The notes: a model not told the origin generated them from the sequence alone. 64,000 nt of DNA from Azonexaceae bacterium (GCA_013335535.1 JAAXVL010000010.1:78992-142991), one strand, 5' to 3'; counted from the first letter of the stretch, positions 1-9,852 are shown. Translations and numbers: made by a program.

Positions 1-209
1 GCCGCCTTGCCATTGTGCAGCAAGGCCTCGCCCAGGCTCAGCCAGCCCCGTTCCGGCGCCAACGTCTCCGCCCTCGCCCACTGCTGGACGCGGCTCTGGT
101 TCAACTGCGAGGCATAGACGATCAGCAGCCCGGAGAAGAACCAGAGCACCATGAACAGGGCGAGCGCGACGCCGCCCCAGCGGTGGATGAGAAAGAGAAG
201 ACGTTTCAT
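1..209 (-). CDS. PepSY-associated TM-helix membrane protein, N-terminal part only (gene runs off the left window edge)
   Basis: Own minus-strand translation from ATG at 209: MKRLLFLIHRWGGVALALFMVLWFFSGLLIVYASQ... The HRWxG motif followed by a hydrophobic helix is typical of PepSY-TM proteins. Absent from the ORF track because it is truncated by the window edge. Confidence 0.5.
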   Translation of the reverse strand, partial: MKRLLFLIHRWGGVALALFMVLWFFSGLLIVYASQLNQSRVQQWARAETLAPERGWLSLGEALLHNGKA

Positions 210-257
210 GTTGGGCTTCCGGAAATGAGGTGGATCGCGGCGATGTCGCCGGTCTGG

Positions 258-725
258 TTAGTCCTTGACCTTGTAGTCGTCGTGGCACGCCTTGCAGGTT
301 TGGCCGAGCTTGCCGAACTGCGCCTTGACGGCGGCCTGGTCGCCATTCACGGCGATCTTGGCCAGTTCATTGGCCTCGCGGACGAAGTTGCCAGCCAGGT
401 CGCCGACCTTCTTGCCGTCCTTGAAGATTTCCGGTTTGGCCGAGGTGTCGTGCCAGCCCTTGCCCTGTTCGGTGCCCGGTGCGTAAAGCGCGCCGAGACC
501 GGAGTTGGCGATGGCGGCCGTACTGTTCGCGGCACGGACGACTTCCTCGCGGTTGAACTGGCCGTCAACATTGGCCTTGATGCGGCTGCTATTCCAGGCC
601 AGCACTTGATAGACCGACTGGCGCCACTTGATGACCGTTTCCGGCTTCGGGGCGGCCTGCTGGGCGAATGCGCTGGCGGTGACGGACAGTGCCACGGCGA
701 TGAGGAAGGGTTTTACTTGCTTCAT
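258..725 (-). CDS. cytochrome c-prime (class II c-type cytochrome)
   Basis: 155 aa with a signal peptide (ALSVTASAFA-QQ) and a single C-terminal heme motif CKACH. Length and four-helix-type composition fit cytochrome c-prime. Confidence 0.88.
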   Translation of the reverse strand: MKQVKPFLIAVALSVTASAFAQQAAPKPETVIKWRQSVYQVLAWNSSRIKANVDGQFNREEVVRAANSTAAIANSGLGALYAPGTEQGKGWHDTSAKPEIFKDGKKVGDLAGNFVREANELAKIAVNGDQAAVKAQFGKLGQTCKACHDDYKVKD

Positions 726-769
726 GAATGCTCCTTGAACGGATTGGGGATGATTTAGTGGGGGTTGAA

Positions 770-1480
770 TTACCAGGCCGGTGCGGCCTGATGGTCGGCT
801 GGTGGCGGCGCTGGCTGACCGATGAAGCCACCGGCCGCCGCATAAACGCCAGCCGAGGCAATCGCACTGGCTGCCACAAAGGCGGCGAGACGCAGAACGA
901 AGGAATGCTTGTGATGCGGCACGACGGGCGTTCCCTCGTTCAGCGCCTGATAGCCGGTGATCATGGGCAGGACGAGGTTGGTTTTCTTGACGCGGGCGTA
1001 GAAGACGATGGCCGCCACATGCAGCCCGACCACGGCGAGCAAGCCGTTGAACAGCCAGACGTGGGCGCCGGTGATCTGGCCGGACAACTCGGTGCTGACC
1101 AGGGTGGCCAGAGGACCGGCGAAGGCGATGTCATCGTTGGCGAACAGGCCGCTGAAGACCTGGATGGCCGTGAGCGTCAGCAAGCCAATCACGGCCAGCG
1201 CACCGAGCGGGTTGTGCCCGACGCCATGCCATTCACCCTTGAGATAGGCCTTGATGGCACGCGGTCCACGAATGAAATTGGCGAAGCGGGCCGTCGGCGA
1301 CCCGACAAAACCCCAGATCACCCGGAAGATGATCAGGCCGAGGATGAACAGGCCGCTCCGGCCATGCCACTCGATCCAGTTGCCGCCGATCTTGCCGGAG
1401 ACCACGGCGAAGACAATGGCGCCGACCAGCGACCAGTGGAACAGGCGGGTCGGCAGATCCCAAATGCGTTGACGACTCAT
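770..1480 (-). CDS. cytochrome b561 / Ni-hydrogenase-type cytochrome b family membrane protein
   Basis: N-terminus IWDLPTRLFHWSLV, conserved His in TM helices, AGGAGGA RBS before ATG 1480. Sits directly upstream of cytochrome c-prime, a common pairing. Confidence 0.82.
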   Translation of the reverse strand: MSRQRIWDLPTRLFHWSLVGAIVFAVVSGKIGGNWIEWHGRSGLFILGLIIFRVIWGFVGSPTARFANFIRGPRAIKAYLKGEWHGVGHNPLGALAVIGLLTLTAIQVFSGLFANDDIAFAGPLATLVSTELSGQITGAHVWLFNGLLAVVGLHVAAIVFYARVKKTNLVLPMITGYQALNEGTPVVPHHKHSFVLRLAAFVAASAIASAGVYAAAGGFIGQPAPPPADHQAAPAW

Positions 1481-1493
1481 GATGTCCTCCTGC

Positions 1494-2384
1494 TCAGGCT
1501 TTCAGATGCTGTTTGAAGAAATTCACCGTGCGCGACCAGGCCAGCTTGGCAGCTGCCTCGTCGAAACGTGGGGTGGTGTCGTTGTTGAAACCGTGCTGGA
1601 CGCCGGCGTAGATGTAGGCTTCGTAGCGAATACCGGCAGCCTTCAGCGCGGCTTCATACTTCGGCCAGCCGGCGTTGATGCGCTCGTCGTTCTCGGCGTA
1701 ATGAATGAGCAGCGGCGCCTTGATCCGCGCCACCTCCTCGGCTGGCGGCTGGTTGCCGTAGAACGGCACGGCCGCACCGAGATCGGGGACGCGGGAGGCG
1801 AGGAAATTGGCGATACCGCCGCCGTAGCAAAAGCCGACGGCGCCGACCTTGCCGTTGCCTTCCGGCAATTGCTTGAGCCATTCAGCCGAAGCGAGGAAAT
1901 CCTCGCGCGTCTTGGCCTGATCAAGCTTGGGAAACAGTTCGCGGGCCTTGTCCTCGTCGCCGGGATAGCCGCCGAGCGGGAACAATGCATCCGGCGCGAA
2001 GGCGATGAAGCCGTCGAGCGCCAAACGACGGGCGATGTCCTCGATGTGCGGATTGAGGCCACGGTTTTCATGGACGACCAGCACGGTCGGCAGCTTGCCC
2101 TTGGCGTTGGCCGGTTGCACGAGGTAGCCGCGCACGCTGCCGTCGCCCTTGGGCGACGGCAGCTCGACGAAGCGGGTCCTGATGCGCGGGTCGCCGTTGG
2201 AAACCTGCTGCGCTTCGGCGAAGCGAGGACTGAGCGCCTGCAACAGGCCTTCGGCCGTCGCTGCGCCGACGGCGAACTTGCCGGCCGACTTGAGGAATTC
2301 ACGGCGCGGCAGCAGGCCGTGCACGTATTTGTCGAACAATTTGAGGACTTCCGGGTGAAAGTCCTTGGCGGTCTGTCGGGTCAT
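1494..2384 (-). CDS. dienelactone hydrolase family protein (Tat-type signal)
   Basis: RREFLKSAGKFAVGAA twin-arginine-like leader; GAVGFCYGG nucleophile-elbow region; HGF near the C-terminus. Confidence 0.82.
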   Translation of the reverse strand: MTRQTAKDFHPEVLKLFDKYVHGLLPRREFLKSAGKFAVGAATAEGLLQALSPRFAEAQQVSNGDPRIRTRFVELPSPKGDGSVRGYLVQPANAKGKLPTVLVVHENRGLNPHIEDIARRLALDGFIAFAPDALFPLGGYPGDEDKARELFPKLDQAKTREDFLASAEWLKQLPEGNGKVGAVGFCYGGGIANFLASRVPDLGAAVPFYGNQPPAEEVARIKAPLLIHYAENDERINAGWPKYEAALKAAGIRYEAYIYAGVQHGFNNDTTPRFDEAAAKLAWSRTVNFFKQHLKA

Positions 2385-2410
2385 GGGGATGGCTCTCTTT
2401 TTTGGAAAAA

Positions 2411-3418
2411 TTATTTGGCGCGACCGGTGTAGCCGGCCGTCTGGGTGACGATGCGGTAGGCGGCGCCGCGCCCGACGATGTAGAGCGATTTCTTGCCGGC
2501 GCCGGCGAAGGCCAGGTTCTGCGGCTTTCTGGGCAGGGCGATGGCGCCCAGCGCCTCGCCGGACGAACTGAAGACTTCAATCCCGGCGTTGGACGCCACG
2601 TAGAGGCGACCCAATTCATCGACGGCCAGGCCATCGGCCCCGCTCGACCAGACGCCGCTGTCGTTCTTGCTCCAGCCGGCCAGTTTGGCGAAATTGCGCC
2701 GGGCACCGACGGAACCGTCGGCCGCCAAGTCGTAGGCCAGCACATGCTCGCCGAGCGTATTGGCGACGTAGAGCACCTTTTCGTCCGGGCTCAACTGGAT
2801 GCCGTTCGGGCGTTCGATATCGGCCGCCAGGCGCTTCAGAACACCTTCCGGCGAAATGCGATAGACCGCCGGCTTGGCAAACACCTTGGTCGGCCCCGGC
2901 TGGCCCGGTGGGACATTGACGCCGGAGTCGGTGAAATAGACGCCACCGCGCTTGTCGACGACGAGGTCGTTGGGACGACCGAAGGGCAAGCCCTCGTAGC
3001 TGCTGGCCAGCGTCCGTTCATGGCCTTGCGGATAAACGACGCCGACGCGGGTATCGTCCACCTGCACGCTGATCAGCTCACCCTTGGCATTGAAGCCGAG
3101 GCCGTTCGAGCCGTTGCTGTTCTCGAGGAAGGTCGAGGTCGTGCCGTCGGCGGCAATGCGCGTGATGCGGCTGGCCTGGGTTTCGGTAAAGGCCAGGCTG
3201 CCGTCCGGCAGCGCGACCGGGCCTTCGGTGCCTTTGAAGCCATCCTTGATCTGCTCGATTTTCGTGCCGGCCGCCACAACGCCGGGAATGGCCTGGCTGA
3301 CGGCTTCCTGGGCATGGGCAGCGCTGATCGCCACTACACCGCCGAGCAAGACCACCAGGCCCAGCGTCAGGCGAGACAGCGCGGGACGGACAACATGGCG
3401 GTTCGAACGAAAAGACAT
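2411..3418 (-). CDS. SMP-30/gluconolactonase/LRE-like beta-propeller protein
   Basis: Start moved to ATG 3418 (MSFRSNRHVV...AAHAQEA signal peptide). Motifs EGPVALPDGSL, RPNDLVVD, PNGIQLSPDEKVLYV, ADGLAVDELGRLYVA. Confidence 0.8.
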   Translation of the reverse strand: MSFRSNRHVVRPALSRLTLGLVVLLGGVVAISAAHAQEAVSQAIPGVVAAGTKIEQIKDGFKGTEGPVALPDGSLAFTETQASRITRIAADGTTSTFLENSNGSNGLGFNAKGELISVQVDDTRVGVVYPQGHERTLASSYEGLPFGRPNDLVVDKRGGVYFTDSGVNVPPGQPGPTKVFAKPAVYRISPEGVLKRLAADIERPNGIQLSPDEKVLYVANTLGEHVLAYDLAADGSVGARRNFAKLAGWSKNDSGVWSSGADGLAVDELGRLYVASNAGIEVFSSSGEALGAIALPRKPQNLAFAGAGKKSLYIVGRGAAYRIVTQTAGYTGRAK

Positions 3419-3708
3419 CGAATACTCCTGAAATTGGGTTGGCGGGCATAAGCCCGGTGGCCGGCAGCCCATCGCTGCGGCGTTTGCGCCTTATCAGCAG
3501 CAAATGTGCCAAATGCCAGCCCAACCCTCTTCGTCTTTAAAACCACCAGGAACGGAGGCGCCAATTCCATGATTTCAATAGGGATTTAGCCGGCGCTTAT
3601 CGAGTCGGGAAGGAGCCATCGCCATCCACCCTAGCCCGCCCGAGTGCTGCCTGCGAAGCATCCGCCGCCGCCAGCTGTTGCCCACGCAACAGGTGCCGCA
3701 AGCAGGCG

Positions 3709-3738
3709 AAAAAAAACCCGCCATCTTTCGACGGCGGG
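3709..3738 (-). terminator. candidate rho-independent terminator about 190 nt downstream of cysW
   Basis: On the minus strand: CCCGCC-10 nt loop-GGCGGG followed by T8 (the plus strand shows an A8 run at 3709-3716). Confidence 0.55.
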
Positions 3739-3818
3739 CAATCAGAGGAGACGAGACAGAGAACAGCACCCATCGGATAGCCGCTGCGATCAAGTTAAGG
3801 CATCAGGATCGGCCGTGA

Positions 3819-3848
3819 AACGAATTTGTCCTGATATGCAAATTCGTT
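3819..3848. other. perfect 10-bp inverted repeat (AACGAATTTG-N10-CAAATTCGTT) in the cysW 3' region
   Basis: Read directly from the sequence; function unknown. Confidence 0.5.
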
Positions 3849-3886
3849 CCGTGGATTTGGGCAGGCCGGATCGACGCAAACCTGAC

Positions 3887-3926
3887 TTCCACGGTCAACC
3901 GGAAAAACTGCCCAAAATTGAAATCC
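3887..3926 (-). repeat. dispersed 40-bp repeat, copy 1 (core CCACGGTCAACCGGAA)
   Basis: ttccacggtcaaccggaaaaactgcccaaaattgaaatcc; abuts the cysW stop codon. Confidence 0.85.
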
Positions 3927-3930
3927 TTCA

Positions 3931-4824
3931 TCAGGCTTCGCTGTCTTCCTTGGCCGCCTGCGCGGCACGCCATTCGATGAAACTCTTGATGACCAGCGTG
4001 AGCAGCGCGAGGATGGCGAGCAGTGAGGCCACGGCGAAAGCCGCGGCGAACTTGTATTCGCTGTAGACGATCTCGACGTGCAGCGGCATGGTGTTGGTCT
4101 CGCCGCGAATGTGGCCGGACACCACCGACACCGCGCCGAACTCGCCCATGGCGCGGGCGTTGCAAAGGATCACGCCGTAGAGCAGACCCCATTTCACATT
4201 GGGAATGGTGACATGCCAGAAGGTCTGCCAGCCGGACGCACCGAGCACCGTCGACGCCTCTTCCTCGTCCCGGCCCTGGGCCTCCATGAGCGGAATGAGT
4301 TCGCGGGCGACGAAGGGAAAGGTCACGAAAATGGTGGCCAGTACGATGCCGGGCACGGCGAAGATGACCTTCATGTCATTGTCGATGAACCACGAGCCGA
4401 GCCAGCCGGTACGCCCGAAGACGAGGACGAAGATGAGGCCGGCGACGACAGGCGAAACCGAGAACGGCAGGTCGATCAGCGTAATCAGGAAGGATTTCCC
4501 CGGAAAGTTGAATTTGGCAATGGCCCAGGCCGCCGCCACGCCGAAGGCCAGATTGAGCGGCACCGCGATGATCGCGGCAGTCAGGGTCAGACGTATGGCG
4601 CTCAGGGCATCCGGCTCGACCAGAGCGACCAGATAGGCATCCCAGCCCTTGCGCAGCGCCTCGTAAAAAACGACGACCAGCGGCAGCAGCAGGAACAGGG
4701 CGAAGAAGCTCAGCGAAATGCCGATGACGGTCCATTTGACCCAGTTGCTCTCCCGGGTGGCCGGATTGCTTTCGTAACGCTCGGCATGTGCCGGCCCAAG
4801 ATGTAATGAGATTGCGGCAGCCAT
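3931..4824 (-). CDS. cysW: sulfate/thiosulfate ABC transporter permease CysW
   Basis: Start set at ATG 4824, overlapping the cysT stop (TAATG). Typical CysW sequence including the EAA-loop region GASGWQTFWHVTIPNVKWGLLYG. Confidence 0.9.
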   Translation of the reverse strand: MAAAISLHLGPAHAERYESNPATRESNWVKWTVIGISLSFFALFLLLPLVVVFYEALRKGWDAYLVALVEPDALSAIRLTLTAAIIAVPLNLAFGVAAAWAIAKFNFPGKSFLITLIDLPFSVSPVVAGLIFVLVFGRTGWLGSWFIDNDMKVIFAVPGIVLATIFVTFPFVARELIPLMEAQGRDEEEASTVLGASGWQTFWHVTIPNVKWGLLYGVILCNARAMGEFGAVSVVSGHIRGETNTMPLHVEIVYSEYKFAAAFAVASLLAILALLTLVIKSFIEWRAAQAAKEDSEA

Positions 4825-5651
4825 TAGGTAGACCTTCCGGTACGTTTCGCCGTCCACGCCTGGAGGCTGTTGATGGTGATAAGCAGGATGAAGGAAACGA
4901 TCAGCATGACGGCCGCGATGGCCGTCGCGCCACGGTAATCGTACTGCTCGAGCTTGGTGATGATCATGAGCGGGGTGATTTCGGAGACCATCGGGATGTT
5001 GCCGGCGATGAAGATCACCGAGCCGTATTCGCCGACCGCGCGGGCGAAAGCGAGCGCGAAGCCGGTCAGCAAAGCCGGAAACAGCGTCGGGAAAATCACC
5101 TTGCTGATCGTCTGCCAGCGGTTCGCACCGAGGCTGGCGGCCGCTTCTTCAATCTCGATCTGCAGATCCTCCAGCACCGGCTGCACGGTCCGCACGACGA
5201 ATGGCAGGCCAATGAACACCAGCGCCAGCAAAACGCCGAGCGGCGTGAAGGCCACCTTGATGCCGAACGATTCGACAATGCTGCCGATCCAGCCATTTCC
5301 GGCCCACAGCGCAGTCAAGGCAATGCCGGCCACCGCCGTGGGCAGTGCAAACGGCAGATCGACCAGCGAATCGACGATTTTCTTGCCCGGAAAGGTGTAG
5401 CGCACGAGGCTCCAGGCCAGCAACAGCCCGAACACCGCATTGATCGCCGCCGCCGCCAGCGAGGCGCCGAAGGTCAGCTTGTACGAAGCCACCACGCGCG
5501 GCGTCGTCACCACGTACCAGAACTGGTCCAACGTCAGTTCGGCCGACTTGATGAACACCGCCGCCAGAGGGATCAGCACGATCAACGACAGCCAGGTCAG
5601 CGTATAACCGAGCGAAAGCTTGAAGCCGGGCAAGGCATTGCGATTGCTCAT
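4824..5651 (-). CDS. cysT: sulfate/thiosulfate ABC transporter permease CysT (CysU)
   Basis: Start set at ATG 5651 (MSNRNALPGFKLSLGYTLTWLSL...). EAAASLGANRWQT loop motif. Confidence 0.9.
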   Translation of the reverse strand: MSNRNALPGFKLSLGYTLTWLSLIVLIPLAAVFIKSAELTLDQFWYVVTTPRVVASYKLTFGASLAAAAINAVFGLLLAWSLVRYTFPGKKIVDSLVDLPFALPTAVAGIALTALWAGNGWIGSIVESFGIKVAFTPLGVLLALVFIGLPFVVRTVQPVLEDLQIEIEEAAASLGANRWQTISKVIFPTLFPALLTGFALAFARAVGEYGSVIFIAGNIPMVSEITPLMIITKLEQYDYRGATAIAAVMLIVSFILLITINSLQAWTAKRTGRST

Positions 5652-5821
5652 CGCGCCACCTCGCCGAGCCGAGTATTTCTGTAAAACACTGAAAACATGA
5701 GAACTCCGAAACGCTTCTGACAAGCCCAAAGCTTAGAGAGTGCCCGGTCAATCCATAACCAATTTATTCCTCTTTGCTTATTCCGATTGCTGCAATACGC
5801 AGAGGAACGACGGGGCCTGGT

Positions 5822-5860
5822 ATTTCAAAATTGGCCGTTTTTTCCGGTTGACCGTGGCAA
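5822..5860 (+). repeat. dispersed 40-bp repeat, copy 2
   Basis: atttcaaaattggccgttttttccggttgaccgtggcaa; lies between sbp and cysT. Confidence 0.85.
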
Positions 5861-5864
5861 GGCA

Positions 5865-5904
5865 ACAAAAAAGCCCCGGCGACCTTGAAAGGCCGACCGG
5901 GGCT
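5865..5904 (-). terminator. hairpin plus T-run after sbp (terminator or attenuator inside the sbp-cysTW cluster)
   Basis: Minus strand: AGCCCCGGTCGGCC-loop-GGTCGCCGGGGCT followed by TTTTTT. Confidence 0.6.
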
Positions 5905-5947
5905 TTCCGGACAGCGCCCCCAAGCGCCGCCCGTTCCGCAACAAAAC

Positions 5948-6952
5948 TTACTTGATGTAGATCTGGTCGAAAACACCGCCGTCGTCGAAGTGGTCCTTCT
6001 GCACCTTGGTCCAGCCACCGAACTCCTTGTCGATGGTGACCAGCTTGAGCTTGGCGAACTGCTTGGCGTACTTGGCTGCCACCTTCGCATCGGTCGGGCG
6101 ATAGAAGTTCTTGCCCGCGATGTCCTGACCTTCCGGCGTGTAGAGATAGTTCAGGTACTCGGTTGCGACCTTGCGCGTCCCCTTCTTGTCGACCACCTTG
6201 TCGACCACGGCCACCGGCGGCTCAGCCAGGACGGAGATGGACGGCGTGATGATTTCAAACTTGTCCGGCCCCAGTTCCTTGACCGACAGGTAGGCTTCGT
6301 TTTCCCAAGCGATCAGCACGTCACCGATACCGCGCTCGACGAAAGTCGTCGTCGAACCACGAGCGCCGGAATCGAGCACCTTCACATTGCCATAGAGCTT
6401 CTTGACGAATTCCTTGGCCGTTGCATCGCTACCGCCCGGCAATTGCTTGGCGTAAGCCCAGGCCGCCAGGTAGTTCCAGCGGGCGCCGCCGGAGGTCTTC
6501 GGATTCGGGGTCACCACTTCAATACCCGGCTTGACGAGATCACCCCAGTCCTTGATGCCCTTGGGGTTACCCTTGCGGACGAGCAGGACGATGGTCGAGG
6601 TATACGGCGAAGCGTTGAGCGGCAACTTCTTCTGCCAGTCCTTCGCCAGCAGGCCGGCATTGGCCACGGCGTCAATATCACCACCCAGGGCCAGAGTCAC
6701 CACATCGGCATCCAGACCATCGATCACGGCCCGCGCCTGCTTGCCGGAACCGCCGTGGGCAGCCTTGATCGTAACCGTCTCGCCCGTCTTGGCTTTCCAG
6801 TGCTTGGCGAACGCAGCGTTGTACTCCTGATAGAGTTCGCGCGTCGGATCATAGGAGACGTTGAGCAGATTGACGTCAGCGAAAGCGTTGCCGCCGAAGG
6901 CAAGGCCAAGAGCCAGAGCGATCAGGCCGCGGCGGGTGTTGTTGAACTGCAT
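5948..6952 (-). CDS. sbp: periplasmic sulfate-binding protein
   Basis: 334 aa with a signal peptide. Sulfate-binding-protein-like sequence along the whole length ([11 protein letters not shown]..., [11 protein letters not shown]). Confidence 0.9.
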   Translation of the reverse strand: MQFNNTRRGLIALALGLAFGGNAFADVNLLNVSYDPTRELYQEYNAAFAKHWKAKTGETVTIKAAHGGSGKQARAVIDGLDADVVTLALGGDIDAVANAGLLAKDWQKKLPLNASPYTSTIVLLVRKGNPKGIKDWGDLVKPGIEVVTPNPKTSGGARWNYLAAWAYAKQLPGGSDATAKEFVKKLYGNVKVLDSGARGSTTTFVERGIGDVLIAWENEAYLSVKELGPDKFEIITPSISVLAEPPVAVVDKVVDKKGTRKVATEYLNYLYTPEGQDIAGKNFYRPTDAKVAAKYAKQFAKLKLVTIDKEFGGWTKVQKDHFDDGGVFDQIYIK

Positions 6953-7550
6953 TTGCGTAATCCCTGTTTAGTTGTGGAAGCCTTAATTTAAGGAAGCATC
7001 CACACGCCAGGAACGACGATATTTTTATTTAGTTATGCAAAGCTGGCACTCGATTTGTTCAACATTGCTTATATTCAATCGCACCAAGCCGTCTCTTTCG
7101 CAAGATTGCAGGCACAACCAGAGCCTCCGCTAAAAAGGCAACAAAAAACCCGCCGAGCTTTGCGCTGATGTGCCGTTAAGTATTTCCCGGCCCGAAATAA
7201 AGCATTAACTGACCAAGCAGCCCATTAGAGGGGCGAAATTTTAGCCCAGCCCCCCCTCGAAACCCACCCAAAACACGCCTCTCACAACCATTGAAAAGCA
7301 TATCTTGGCCATTCGTGACGAAATAAAGCAATTCTTGTCCAAAAAATATCCCTGAAAATTCAATGATTTTTCGGACATGAAGCACCCTGACCATGCCATT
7401 GACCACCTGACAACCTGACAACCAATAAAACTTCACAAACAGCCATCATCGATTCGATTTTTTCGAACCATCACTCAGAAGTGGATTGATTTCTTAGTAA
7501 CAAGCCCCGACTTACAGTGGCATCACCAACCACTGGAGGAACAATCCACC

Positions 7551-8225
7551 ATGCGCACTGAAGCACGTGTTATCGACCTGAGCAGAACCGAATATGGCAC
7601 GTATGCGGCGCCCGACAGCACCCGTGTCATTCGCAACACTTACCAACTGCTCGCTCTTTCGACTGCGGTAGCCGGCGTAGGGGCTGGTATCACCATGCTG
7701 GCCGGCTTTGGCCCGCTGGCCGGTATTCTATTTACGCTGCTCGGTCTGGTTCCGCTGTTCTATCTGCACAAGAAACGAAATGCCGCAGCAGCCGTGCCGG
7801 CCATGCTGACCTTTACCGCCCTCAGCGGTCTGGGCCTCGGTCCGACGCTAACTCACTACATCAACATGCCGGGTGGAAGCAGTACGGTGCTGACGGCTGC
7901 GGTCATCACGACGGCAGTCACCTTAGCGCTCACGGCTTATGTTCATAAGACCGGCAAGGATTTCTCGCGCATGGGCGGCTTCCTGTTCGCAGGCCTTATT
8001 GTTGTCATCCTGGCCAGCATTGCTGCGATTTTCGTCCCAGCCATGCAGGCTGGTGTATCCGCTGTCGCCGCGCTGCTGTTCTCTGGCTTCATTCTTTACG
8101 ACACCAGCCGTTTGGTGCGTGGTGAAGAAGACAACTACGTGATGGCTGCGGTCAGCATGTACCTGAATGTGCTGAACCTCTTCCTGTCGGTACTGCAACT
8201 GCTCGGCTTCTCCAGCAACGACTAA
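7551..8225 (+). CDS. BAX inhibitor-1 / YccA family membrane protein
   Basis: 224 aa, 7 predicted TM helices. C-terminal LYLNVLNLFLSVLQLLG motif; GGAGGA RBS. Confidence 0.88.
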   Translation: MRTEARVIDLSRTEYGTYAAPDSTRVIRNTYQLLALSTAVAGVGAGITMLAGFGPLAGILFTLLGLVPLFYLHKKRNAAAAVPAMLTFTALSGLGLGPTLTHYINMPGGSSTVLTAAVITTAVTLALTAYVHKTGKDFSRMGGFLFAGLIVVILASIAAIFVPAMQAGVSAVAALLFSGFILYDTSRLVRGEEDNYVMAAVSMYLNVLNLFLSVLQLLGFSSND

Positions 8226-8253
8226 CCCAGTTCGCCACAGACAGGTACCACAA

Positions 8254-8282
8254 CGGCTCGCCAATTGGCGGGCCGTTTTTCC
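8254..8282 (+). terminator. candidate terminator after the YccA-family gene
   Basis: CGGCTCGCC-AATT-GGCGGGCCG stem followed by TTTTT. Overlaps a degenerate copy of the dispersed repeat. Confidence 0.5.
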
Positions 8283-8296
8283 GTTCTACCAGTGGA
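8262..8296 (+). repeat. dispersed repeat, degenerate copy
   Basis: caattggcgggccgtttttccgttctaccagtgga versus consensus CAATTTTGGCCGTTTTTTCCGGTTGACCGTGGA; several indels and mismatches. Confidence 0.4.
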
Positions 8297-8547
8297 CTTT
8301 TTAATCCGGAGGGGTAATCTGGAATCGAAGCCTGACGGGCAGTTGGTCAGGCCCTTCAGGAACAACGCGATTGGAGGCAGCATGACTGAAAATCCGCCGC
8401 AGTTCGACAAGATGAGTGAGTAGCACCCAACGGCAATAAACCGTTCGCCTTGGCCGTGAGCGCTAAGGATCGATATTTACGAAGCCCATGTTTAGCAGAC
8501 ATGGGCTTTATGCATTTATGGATATGTGAATTAGGGTGTGTGGACTA

Positions 8548-8748
8548 TCAGGCGAGCCAAATTAGAGCGGCTACGATTGAAATGAATACTTCAAAGCGGA
8601 CATCGAGTTTGTCATAGCGCGTAGCGATGCGGCGAAACTGCTTCAGGCGGGCAAAGAACCTTTCGATGAGATTTCGACTTTTATAGACATGCTTGTCATA
8701 GCTTCTGAGCACCTTCCGATTGGCTTTTGGCGGAATGACGGCCGCCGT
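8548..8748 (-). pseudogene. IS5-family (DDE) transposase, C-terminal remnant (about 66 codons)
   Basis: Own translation: TAAVIPPKANRKVLRSYDKHVYKSRNLIERFFARLKQFRRIATRYDKLDVRFEVFISIVAALIWLA*. The IERFF..LKxFRRIATRYDK motif is diagnostic. An in-frame stop lies immediately upstream and no N-terminal part is present. Confidence 0.75.
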
Positions 8749-9015
8749 TCAAATTCGCGATATTTCGACAAGCTACGATAAGTAGCACGAATTAAAGGGA
8801 AAAGCAGACAACGAACCGCTAGCCATGAGTGCAGACCTCGAAGGTCTATCGTGGAATCTGATAGTGCAGTGAAGATGCGGGAATCAGATTGCCAATTTTT
8901 GTTCCGCCCCCATCTCTGGACCGCTACTGACACCTTCGCACTCCTCGAAAATTCGGCTCGCCTGCCTTGGTTGTCGTACGACTGCGCAAGGATTGAACAG
9001 TCAGCCACGAAAAAA

Positions 9016-9852
9016 TTAGTCGTCAGTATCGGTTGCAAATGCGCTCTCACGTTGAGATTCGATTGCCGCCAACCGGGCGCACAATATAGCCTGCATGCGA
9101 GTGTAGGCATCACTGCCCAGTACCAGACGTCGGGGCGGATTTTCAGACAGTGCACACTTGATCATCGCGGCAACCATGCGAGCGGGATCTCCGGGGCGCC
9201 TGAAGGAAGGAGATGCAATCTTGCGCCTAAACTCCCCCACCGGTCCCGTTTCGTACTCTTGCATAACATCAGCCTGTACAGCACTTGTACCACTAAAATT
9301 TGTGCGTGCGCTTCCTGGCTCAACTAATGTTACTTGGATATTGAAACCTGTAACCTCCTGAGCCACCGACTCATAAAAACCTTCTACCGCCCATTTGGTC
9401 GCGTGATATAGGCTCAGCGCAGGCAGTGCAATTTGTCCGCCCATGCTCGATAACTGGAGAATGCGACCTGCGCCTTGGCGTCGCAGGTGTGGTATGACCG
9501 CACGTGCAAGCTGAATAGAGCCGATAAGATTTGTATCTATCTGTGCCCGGATTTGCGCGTCAGTTAGCTCTTCCGCTGCCCCGAACAAACCGTAACCTGC
9601 GTTGCTAACGACCACATCTATACGCCCCATCTCAGCAAACGCTTCATTGACAGTTTTACGAAGGTTCTCCGTATCGGTGATATCGAGGATTCCCACCCGT
9701 AGTCGATCGCCATAGCTAGCCTTTAAATCGGCTAGCGCATCAGCCTTGCGAACTGTCGCAGTTACACGGTGCCCGTTTGCCAGTAATTGCTCGACAAACT
9801 GACGACCAAAACCGCTTGATGCGCCTGTAATGAACCATGTCTTAATTGTCAT
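9016..9852 (-). CDS. short-chain dehydrogenase/reductase (classical SDR)
   Basis: TGASSGFG cofactor motif, NAG, and the YHATK catalytic Tyr-x3-Lys. Visibly lower GC than its neighbours. Confidence 0.85.
   Translation of the reverse strand: MTIKTWFITGASSGFGRQFVEQLLANGHRVTATVRKADALADLKASYGDRLRVGILDITDTENLRKTVNEAFAEMGRIDVVVSNAGYGLFGAAEELTDAQIRAQIDTNLIGSIQLARAVIPHLRRQGAGRILQLSSMGGQIALPALSLYHATKWAVEGFYESVAQEVTGFNIQVTLVEPGSARTNFSGTSAVQADVMQEYETGPVGEFRRKIASPSFRRPGDPARMVAAMIKCALSENPPRRLVLGSDAYTRMQAILCARLAAIESQRESAFATDTDD

Noticed and set aside
3803-3931. 42-codon ORF translationally coupled to the cysW stop as a possible cysA remnant
   Set aside because: Its sequence (MKDFNFGQFFRLTVEV...) is simply the translation of repeat copy 1. 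There is no Walker A or other CysA-like motif.
7176-7436. 86-aa ORF in the AT-rich sbp/yccA intergenic region
   Set aside because: No RBS, an odd composition, no motif, and it sits in a promoter-type AT-rich region.
8643-9155. 170-aa minus-strand ORF overlapping the IS remnant and the 3' end of the SDR gene
   Set aside because: It is in a different frame from the recognisable transposase remnant, overlaps the SDR coding region, and has no motifs.
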